Shown here piece after piece: positions 58,303 through 64,000 of a stretch of 64,000 bases of DNA. Source of the DNA: an uncultured Holophagae bacterium (lineage in GTDB: Bacteria > Acidobacteriota > Thermoanaerobaculia > Thermoanaerobaculales > Sulfomarinibacteraceae). Location of the stretch: NCBI GenBank assembly GCA_963710645.1, contig CAVQBD010000002.1, forward strand, positions 138,828 to 202,827, written 5' to 3'. Every line of letters starts with the position of its first letter. Position 1 is the first letter of the stretch. Both the position numbers and the translations under genes were made by a program. Under the pieces are notes generated by a model that saw only the letters and a list, made by a program, of their open reading frames with translations, ran no database searches and was not told the DNA's origin.

Positions 58303-59109
58303 TTGTGCTGCAAGGTGGGCATGACCCGGCAGAACTACTACAAGCAGAGGCGGCGGCGAAGACGGAGAGAAGTCGACGAGAGTCTGATCATCGCTCTGGT
58401 CAGGCGGGAGCGACAGCAGCAGCCGCGGCTTGGTTGTAGGAAGCTCCATCGGCATTTGCGTCAGCAGTTTCGAGACGCCGGTATCCAGGTCGGTAGAGAC
58501 CGGATGTTTGAGGTTCTTCGTCATCACGGGATGCTGGTCAGACCGTTGCCGAAGAAACCCCGCACTACGTTTTCGGGGCACTCTTTGCCGGTGTATAGGA
58601 ATCTCATCTCTGAGCTTGAGGCCACGGCTCCAAACCAGATCTGGGTCAGCGACGTGACCTACATCCGGACGTGGGGGGGGTTTGAGTACCTCACTCTGAT
58701 CATGGACCTGCACTCCCACAAGATCGTCGGCTATCACTGTGGAGAAAGCCTCGACACCAAGACTTCCATGAAAGCGTTGGATCAGGCGATTGCGGATCTG
58801 CCAGACGACAGGTATCCAATTCACCATTCAGATCGAGGAAGCCAGTACTGTAGCCACAAGTATGTCGAACGCCTGAATGGTCGCTACTTGCCGGTGAGCA
58901 TGACCGAGTTGAATCACTGTGCCGAAAACTCAACTGCAGAGAGACTCAACGGCATCCTCAAACAGGAGTATGGCCTCGGAAGAACTTTCCTCAGCCGGCA
59001 GCAGGTACGACGCGCTGTCGATGAAGCCGTCTGGCTCTACAACCACCGCCGACCCCACATGACCCTCGATTACCAATACCCTGCCAAGGTCCATGAACTG
59101 GCCGCCTGA
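58303..59109 (+). CDS. IS3-family transposase OrfB (rve/DDE integrase core)
   Basis: IWVSDVTYI (D), HHSDRGSQY (D) and AENSTAERLNGILKQE (E). The -1 frame is open from the slippery site at 58228 through to this ORF. Confidence 0.9.
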   Translation: MCCKVGMTRQNYYKQRRRRRRREVDESLIIALVRRERQQQPRLGCRKLHRHLRQQFRDAGIQVGRDRMFEVLRHHGMLVRPLPKKPRTTFSGHSLPVYRNLISELEATAPNQIWVSDVTYIRTWGGFEYLTLIMDLHSHKIVGYHCGESLDTKTSMKALDQAIADLPDDRYPIHHSDRGSQYCSHKYVERLNGRYLPVSMTELNHCAENSTAERLNGILKQEYGLGRTFLSRQQVRRAVDEAVWLYNHRRPHMTLDYQYPAKVHELAA

Positions 59110-59603
59110 CAAGGCTGGCTCCTTCACACAACTTGATCACTTCTCCACAGCCTGATGAACCACCGCGCGGCCCACCCTCCCGACTGCGGAGTTGCGGAAA
59201 GCTGGCCCCCTCCCCACCTCCCTCCACCTTCCCACAGCCTCCGCAGCCACGACGACGAATAGTGACAACTTTTCGCCAGGACTTGACCAGCGTTTCATCT
59301 TGGCATCCTGAGCGAGGCCCACCGGGCCGAGTCGAAGGATCTGGGTGGGTGGGGAGCCGATGCGTTCTTGCCCCCACCCAGACCCTTCGTCGCTCCGCTC
59401 CTCAGGATGACATCTGTCTTCCTCATTCTCGAGTTCAATCGAGGCTGGAACTGCCTACTGCCTACTGGCATCAATCGCGAAATGCGACGGTAGCCTCCGT
59501 TGCCCGGGCAGCGTTCTGCGAGGCAGCCGTGGCGCGTCTCGTTCGTTCGTTCGTAACTATATTTTTTTGAACATCTTAAGACCGAGAGTGCAGCAGAAAG
59601 AGT

Positions 59604-59619
59604 TGGCAGGATCATTGCT
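59604..59619 (+). promoter_or_regulatory. Sigma-54-like -24/-12 element abutting the NifX-like start codon
   Basis: TGGCAGGATCATTGCT has correct GG-N10-GC spacing. However, the predicted transcription start would fall at or within 2 nt of ATG 59631. Confidence 0.35.
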
Positions 59620-59630
59620 ATAGCTGGAGC

Positions 59631-60095
59631 ATGCGACTCGCCGTACCAGCTTGGGAAGGCCGAGTGTCGCCGCTCTTCGACGTGGCGAAGTGGCTTATGG
59701 TCATTGACGTCATCGGCGGTGAGGCGACCTTCACAAAGGTCTATCCAATCGGCGGCCCCAACCGCAAGCGGGTTGTCTCTGAGCTCGGCATCGATGTCCT
59801 GATCTGCGGCGCCATTTCCCGTGAACTCGAGGACGGATTGGTGGCCAGCGGGGTCGAGGTGGTCGCCGAGATCAGGGGCCGGATCGAGGACGTCGTGCGA
59901 GCGCATACCCAGGGCAGCCTGGTTCAGCCGCGGTTCTTGATGCCGGGATGCCATGGTCGGCGTCGCCGTGCCCGGACCCGGGCGAGCCGCATGGAGACGG
60001 TGGACGCGTCCGAGCGGCGATCCGCCGAAAGGGCTGATGGCGCTTCCGGAGGTTGGCCTGACGGTGGGGGACCGGAGGGTTGGATGGTCCACTAG
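59631..60095 (+). CDS. NifX/NifB-like (dinitrogenase Fe-Mo cofactor-binding fold) small protein with an Arg/Gly-rich tail
   Basis: MRLAVPAWEGRVSPLFDVAKWLMVIDV...GIDVLICGAISRELEDGLVASGVEVV is the typical pattern of this family. The C-terminal roughly 50 aa are low complexity. Confidence 0.65.
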   Translation: MRLAVPAWEGRVSPLFDVAKWLMVIDVIGGEATFTKVYPIGGPNRKRVVSELGIDVLICGAISRELEDGLVASGVEVVAEIRGRIEDVVRAHTQGSLVQPRFLMPGCHGRRRRARTRASRMETVDASERRSAERADGASGGWPDGGGPEGWMVH

Positions 60096-60250
60096 CCTGG
60101 TCGAGACCGAAAACCCGTGCGGTTCGCGGGACGAGGTAGATGGGTCGAAACGTGGCAAGGCCGTTGTCGTTACTGACTCGTGACACTTTTCACGAGTTCC
60201 CGCCCATGGTCGAGCAATCGGCTCGGAGAGCACCATTTTACATGTCTCAA

Positions 60251-60296
60251 CCTATTGCAAATAGGAATCTTAGAAAGCACGTTACGGTCTCGTAAC
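60251..60296 (+). promoter_or_regulatory. Two small palindromes, candidate activator-binding (UAS) sites upstream of the 60391 promoter
   Basis: CCTATTGCAAATAGG (60251-60265) and GTTACGGTCTCGTAAC (60281-60296) lie 95-140 nt upstream of the -24 element. Confidence 0.3.
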
Positions 60297-60390
60297 TGAA
60301 ACCCGGGTTGACCGCCGGGCAACTGTGGGTGGCGCGAGGCAATCCTCAGTTGTTGCAATGGCTTGCGTCACCGGACGCCGGCTGTCTCTC

Positions 60391-60406
60391 TGGCACAGCG
60401 GTTGCA
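60391..60406 (+). promoter_or_regulatory. Sigma-54 (-24/-12) promoter candidate for yeiH-like and dsrAB
   Basis: TGGCACAGCGGTTGCA (GG 60392-60393, GC 60404-60405). It lies about 47 nt upstream of ATG 60453. Confidence 0.7.
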
Positions 60407-60452
60407 CTGCTCCAATGGGCTGAGGTGTGTTTCGAAACCATCGGAGCGTGAG

Positions 60453-62105
60453 ATGGCCAGCGGAATCAAGAAATTCTGGACGACCGAAGACTACTGGGCC
60501 GTGTGGCTCGGTCTCGGGATTGTCTTGCTGGCGCTTGGCGCGTTTGCGGCGGGGGGCTCCATCAAGGGGTGGGCGGTCACGCCTGGTTCCTGGTCGACTC
60601 CGGGCGAGTTGGGGGCAGACCTTGCCAATCATTGGTCCGGCTATCTGACCATTTTTCTGCTCTTTGGTGTGGTGTTCTCGGTTTCCATCGCCGTGATGGG
60701 CCGCAAGATCTCAGAGTTCGTTCCAGGATTCACCATCTTGTACCTCGGTTCGTTGGCCATCTTCTACCTGGCCGCCAATCCATTCGTTGGCAAGACCCTC
60801 CATCTGGGTGCTCCCCTCCTGGCCCTCATTCTCGGTCTCATCATCGGCAACGTGATCCACTTGCCGGAGTGGTTTTCCGCCGCGTTGAGAACCGAGTACT
60901 ACATCAAGACGGGCATCGTGCTGCTAGGGGCGACCCTGCCGCTGACGCTGATTTTCAAGGCCGGACCGATTGCCTTCGTGCAGGCCACCATCGTTTCGGT
61001 CTGCACGTGGCTCACCATCTACCTGGCGGCCACGAGGGTTTTCCGGTTGGAACCGCAGTTCGCTGCTGTGCTCGGTGCCGGCGGCGCGGTCTGTGGAGTT
61101 TCGGCCTCCATTGCCGTGGGAGGTGCGGTGAAGGCCAAGAAAGACCACATCGCCATCGGAATCGCGGTGGTGTCGGTTTGGGCCATCGTCATGATCCTGG
61201 TCCTCAGCGTGGTGGTGAAGCTGATGGTGCCGACGCCGATCTCACCCGGAGAGGCGGGCGCGTGGGTGGGGACTTCGGAGTTTGCCGACGCTGCCGGTTT
61301 CGCGGTGGTGGCGGAGCTGTCAACGGTCATCGAAGCGGGCGTCATACGGGCTGCCGACGGCTCGATGATGAACCCCGACGACCCCATCAACACCTTCACC
61401 CTGATGAAGGTGATCGGGCGCGATATCTGGATTGGCATCTGGTGTCTGATCCTGGCCGTTGTGTCGGTGATGTTCTGGGAGAAGGACGAGGGAGCCCAGC
61501 GGACGGTGGGGCCTGGAGTGATCTGGGAGCGGTTCCCGAAATTCGTGCTCGGTTTCTTTGCCGCGTCGATCATCATGACGGCGGTGTCTGCCAACCCGCC
61601 CACAGACCACGTGGGGCGGGCATCGGTTGAGGGCACCTACAAGACCAGTGCCGAAAAGATCGTGTATGACGCCGACTTCTCCGACTACGCGGCACCGGGG
61701 GAACTGGCCGGCCGATTCGCCTACGATGCGCCCGCTGGCGAGATCACATACCTGGGCGAGATGAGGCTTTCCGAATACGACGACCTGGCGGCCGCGATTC
61801 CGGCGAGCGATCCCGATCTCAAGGACAAGAAGGGAGCCCTGAAACAGCTTCGCTTCAAATCCGACTGGTTCGAGTCCGAGCTCAGACCGCGGGTGATCTC
61901 ACCCATCAAAAAACTCCGGTCATGGGCCTTCGTGCTGTGCTTTCTGTGCATCGGGTTGTCCACCAGGTTCAAGGATCTGCTGACCTTCGGGCTCAAACCG
62001 TTCTGGGCCTTCACCATCGGTGTGGCGGTCAATGTGCCCCTCGGGTACTTTTTATCAACTGTCGTTTTTTCAAAGTTTTGGAGCAATATCAGCGACATGA
62101 TGTGA
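60453..62105 (+). CDS. YeiH/UPF0324-family putative sulfate-exporter-type membrane protein with a roughly 110-aa soluble insertion
   Basis: ATG 60453 follows GGAGCG. Polytopic, with a family-like core (...YIKTGIVLLGATLPL...VLGAGGAVCGVSASIAVGGAV...). A hydrophilic insert (ANPPTDHVGRAS...FKSDWFESELRPR) precedes the last TM segments. Confidence 0.65.
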   Translation: MASGIKKFWTTEDYWAVWLGLGIVLLALGAFAAGGSIKGWAVTPGSWSTPGELGADLANHWSGYLTIFLLFGVVFSVSIAVMGRKISEFVPGFTILYLGSLAIFYLAANPFVGKTLHLGAPLLALILGLIIGNVIHLPEWFSAALRTEYYIKTGIVLLGATLPLTLIFKAGPIAFVQATIVSVCTWLTIYLAATRVFRLEPQFAAVLGAGGAVCGVSASIAVGGAVKAKKDHIAIGIAVVSVWAIVMILVLSVVVKLMVPTPISPGEAGAWVGTSEFADAAGFAVVAELSTVIEAGVIRAADGSMMNPDDPINTFTLMKVIGRDIWIGIWCLILAVVSVMFWEKDEGAQRTVGPGVIWERFPKFVLGFFAASIIMTAVSANPPTDHVGRASVEGTYKTSAEKIVYDADFSDYAAPGELAGRFAYDAPAGEITYLGEMRLSEYDDLAAAIPASDPDLKDKKGALKQLRFKSDWFESELRPRVISPIKKLRSWAFVLCFLCIGLSTRFKDLLTFGLKPFWAFTIGVAVNVPLGYFLSTVVFSKFWSNISDMM

Positions 62106-62179
62106 GGAGTTTGTGTCGGGTGGGCCATCGTTGGTCTCCCCGCCGAGAAAATTTCTGAAATCAATGGAAAGGAGTGGCC

Positions 62180-63391
62180 ATGACAGAAGAGAGAAAAACG
62201 CCGCTGCTTGACGAGCTCGAAAAGGGACCGTGGCCGAGCTTTGTCAAGGAGATCAAGAAGGAGGCCGTTCGCAACGATATGTCGAACGACGTCCTGGGCA
62301 TCCTCGAACGGTCCTACGAGGAGCACATCAGCCACTGGAAGCATGGCGGACTAGTGGGTGTGATGGGGTATGGCGGGGGCGTCATCGGACGCTACTGCGA
62401 TATCCCCGAGGATTTCCCCAACGTCAGGGAGTTCCACACCTATCGCGTCAATCAGCCGTCGGCGTGGTTCTACAACACCGCGGCCCTGCGCCAGCTGTGT
62501 GATATCTGGGAGAAGTACGGCTCCGGTCTGACAAACATGCACGGCTCCACCGGCGACATCGTCTTCCTCGGGTCCGACACTGCGGCCCTGGAACCCTGTT
62601 TCGCCGAACTGAGCCACGAGCGTGAAGGTGAGCCGAGCTGGGACCTGGGCGGATCGGGCTCCAACATGCGGACCCCGAGCTGCTGCGTCGGTCCGGCGCG
62701 GTGCGAGTGGGCCTGTTACGACACCCTGGATGCCTGCTACGACATCACCCAGACCTTCCAGGACGAACTGCACCGGCCGTTCTTCCCCTATAAGTACAAG
62801 TTCAAGTTCGCCGGCTGCCCCAATGACTGTGTGGCGTCCATCGCACGATCGGACTGCTCGGTTATCGGCACCTGGAAGGACGACATCCAGGTCGATCAGG
62901 CCAAGGTTGCGGAGTACGCCGCGGGCGGCACCGACATCCAGGCCGAGGTCATCGACTACTGCCCCACCGCCTGCATGGCGTGGGACGGCAAGACCCTGGA
63001 CATCGACAACTCCAACTGCGTCAAGTGCATGCACTGCATCAACGTGCTCCACTTAGCCCTCAAGCCCGGCAAAGAGCGCGGCGCCACCATCCTCGTTGGT
63101 TCGAAGGCTCCGATCGTCGGCGGCGCGCTGCTGTCGTCGGTTTTCGTGCCTTTCCTCGAGATGGAACCCCCGTACGAAGATCTCAAGGAGCTCACCGAAG
63201 CGATCTGGGATCTCTGGGGTGAGCACGGCAAGGCCCGTGAGCGCACAGGCGAGTTCATCCAACGGGTGGGCCTCGGCAACTTCCTCGACGAGATCGGTCT
63301 CGAGCCGATCCCGGAGATGGTCATGCATCCACGCACCAACCCCTACATCTTCTTCGACACCGAGCTCGATGAAGATGAAGACGAAGAATAG
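62180..63391 (+). CDS. dsrA: Dissimilatory sulfite reductase alpha subunit
   Basis: ATG 62180 follows GAAAGGAG (GTG 62174 is an alternative). [21 protein letters not shown]-terminus, siroheme/Fe-S Cys motifs ([19 protein letters not shown]) and a ferredoxin insert (CPTACMAW...[10 protein letters not shown]). Confidence 0.93.
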   Translation: MTEERKTPLLDELEKGPWPSFVKEIKKEAVRNDMSNDVLGILERSYEEHISHWKHGGLVGVMGYGGGVIGRYCDIPEDFPNVREFHTYRVNQPSAWFYNTAALRQLCDIWEKYGSGLTNMHGSTGDIVFLGSDTAALEPCFAELSHEREGEPSWDLGGSGSNMRTPSCCVGPARCEWACYDTLDACYDITQTFQDELHRPFFPYKYKFKFAGCPNDCVASIARSDCSVIGTWKDDIQVDQAKVAEYAAGGTDIQAEVIDYCPTACMAWDGKTLDIDNSNCVKCMHCINVLHLALKPGKERGATILVGSKAPIVGGALLSSVFVPFLEMEPPYEDLKELTEAIWDLWGEHGKARERTGEFIQRVGLGNFLDEIGLEPIPEMVMHPRTNPYIFFDTELDEDEDEE

Positions 63392-63404
63392 AAGGGAGGC
63401 CCTC

Positions 63405-64000
63405 ATGACTGAATTCGAACGCCAAACCGATATCGGGCCGCCACACTACGGGCAGTTTCTTCCGCCCGTCATCAAGAACAACTACGGCAAGTGGGACCAT
63501 CACGAGATCCTCAAGCCGGGCGTGATGGTGCACGTGGGTGAGACAGGCGACAAGCTGTTCACCGTGCGCGCAGGAACACCGCGACTCCTGGCGATCACCT
63601 CGATTCGTGAGATGGCTGACCTGGCGGACAAATATTGTGATGGATACCTTCGTTGGACCAGCCGCAACAACGTCGAGTTCCTGCTCACCGACGAGTCCAA
63701 GATCGAGCCGTTGATCAAGGACGTGGAGACGCTGGGCTATCCCGTCGGCGGGACTGGCAACCAGATTTCCAACATCGTTCACACCCAGGGCTGGGTCCAC
63801 TGCCACTCCTCCGCGTCGGACGCGTCGGGTGTGGTCAAGTCCGTCATGGACGAGCTCTTCCCGTACTTCAGCGGTGAGAAGAGCCTGCCGGCCAAGCTTC
63901 GGGTGGCCTACGCGTGTTGCCTCAACATGTGCGGCGCGGTGCACTGCTCGGACATCGCGATCCTCGGGGTCCACACAAAGGTGCCGGCGATCAACCACGA
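63405..64000 (+). CDS. dsrB: Dissimilatory sulfite reductase beta subunit (5' part; runs off the window end)
   Basis: Not in the ORF track because it has no stop in the window. ATG 63405 follows a GAAGGGAGG RBS. My translation is [40 protein letters not shown]...[18 protein letters not shown]...[13 protein letters not shown]...[18 protein letters not shown]. Confidence 0.9.
   Translation, partial: MTEFERQTDIGPPHYGQFLPPVIKNNYGKWDHHEILKPGVMVHVGETGDKLFTVRAGTPRLLAITSIREMADLADKYCDGYLRWTSRNNVEFLLTDESKIEPLIKDVETLGYPVGGTGNQISNIVHTQGWVHCHSSASDASGVVKSVMDELFPYFSGEKSLPAKLRVAYACCLNMCGAVHCSDIAILGVHTKVPAINH

Larger units (their letters stand above)
57855..59149 (+). mobile_element. IS3-family insertion sequence (orfA/orfB with a -1 frameshift site); ends approximate
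   Basis: Two consecutive ORFs, with orfB in the -1 frame, and a DD(35)E integrase core. The proposed imperfect terminal inverted repeats are TGTAATAGGTTGACAC... (57855-) and ...CAACTTGATCACTTCTCCACA (-59149). The TG...CA ends match only weakly, and no clean target duplication was seen. Confidence 0.75.

Noticed and set aside
59953-60183. 76-aa alternative-frame ORF at the 3' end of the NifX-like gene, as a possible sign of a frameshift in that gene's low-complexity tail
   Set aside because: Codon-position GC was inconclusive. The alternative frame has no family-like sequence, and Arg/Gly-rich tails plausibly occur in this protein family.

Overview
This is a GC-rich window from a Gram-negative-type bacterium, judged from Skp, Tat and periplasmic cytochrome genes. 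I did not attempt a taxonomic assignment. No search tools were run, so every call rests on motifs read from the supplied translations and the DNA. Internal start codons are inferred from RBS, overlap and signal-peptide logic.

**Gene content, in order:**
- Housekeeping genes: pcnB, ligA, skp and recA, plus an LtaS-like membrane enzyme and a DsbA-like protein.
- A sigma-54-driven operon encoding a NuoE/F/G-like (HydABC/Bfu-type) flavoprotein module and a GltD-like::HdrD-like fusion.
- dsrMK, with no dsrJOP.
- A sigma-54-driven, order-permuted Hmc-type complex (hmcE-F-A-B-C plus a 48-aa HmcD-like ORF below the ORF-track cutoff). A cytoplasmic PD40-like beta-propeller protein precedes it and receiver/HEAT proteins follow it.
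- A signalling and transport island containing SulP with four tandem STAS domains, TauE/SafE, two cytidylate-kinase-like/BON-like paralogs, three histidine kinases, one degenerate kinase and five receiver domains.
- ClC, then a HAMP protein coupled to a small alarmone synthetase, then a Cys-rich-PAS kinase with its sigma-54 activator.
- An IS3-family element.
- A NifX-like gene, then a sigma-54-driven yeiH-like transporter followed by dsrA and the 5' part of dsrB (dsrB runs off the window end).

**Most unusual signals:**
1. Nearly every long intergenic spacer is built from period-7 tandem arrays (STRR-like). Unit families recur tens of kb apart, and dispersed repeats and GGGTGGGCGG-type hairpins are mixed in.
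2. A SulP transporter carries a roughly 165-aa predicted periplasmic insertion with a CXXCH motif and four C-terminal STAS modules.
3. Three near-consensus sigma-54 promoters head the three sulfur/redox operons.
4. There are two apparent frame discontinuities, near 45.9 kb and near 53.83-53.93 kb.

No rRNA, tRNA or CRISPR array was recognised.
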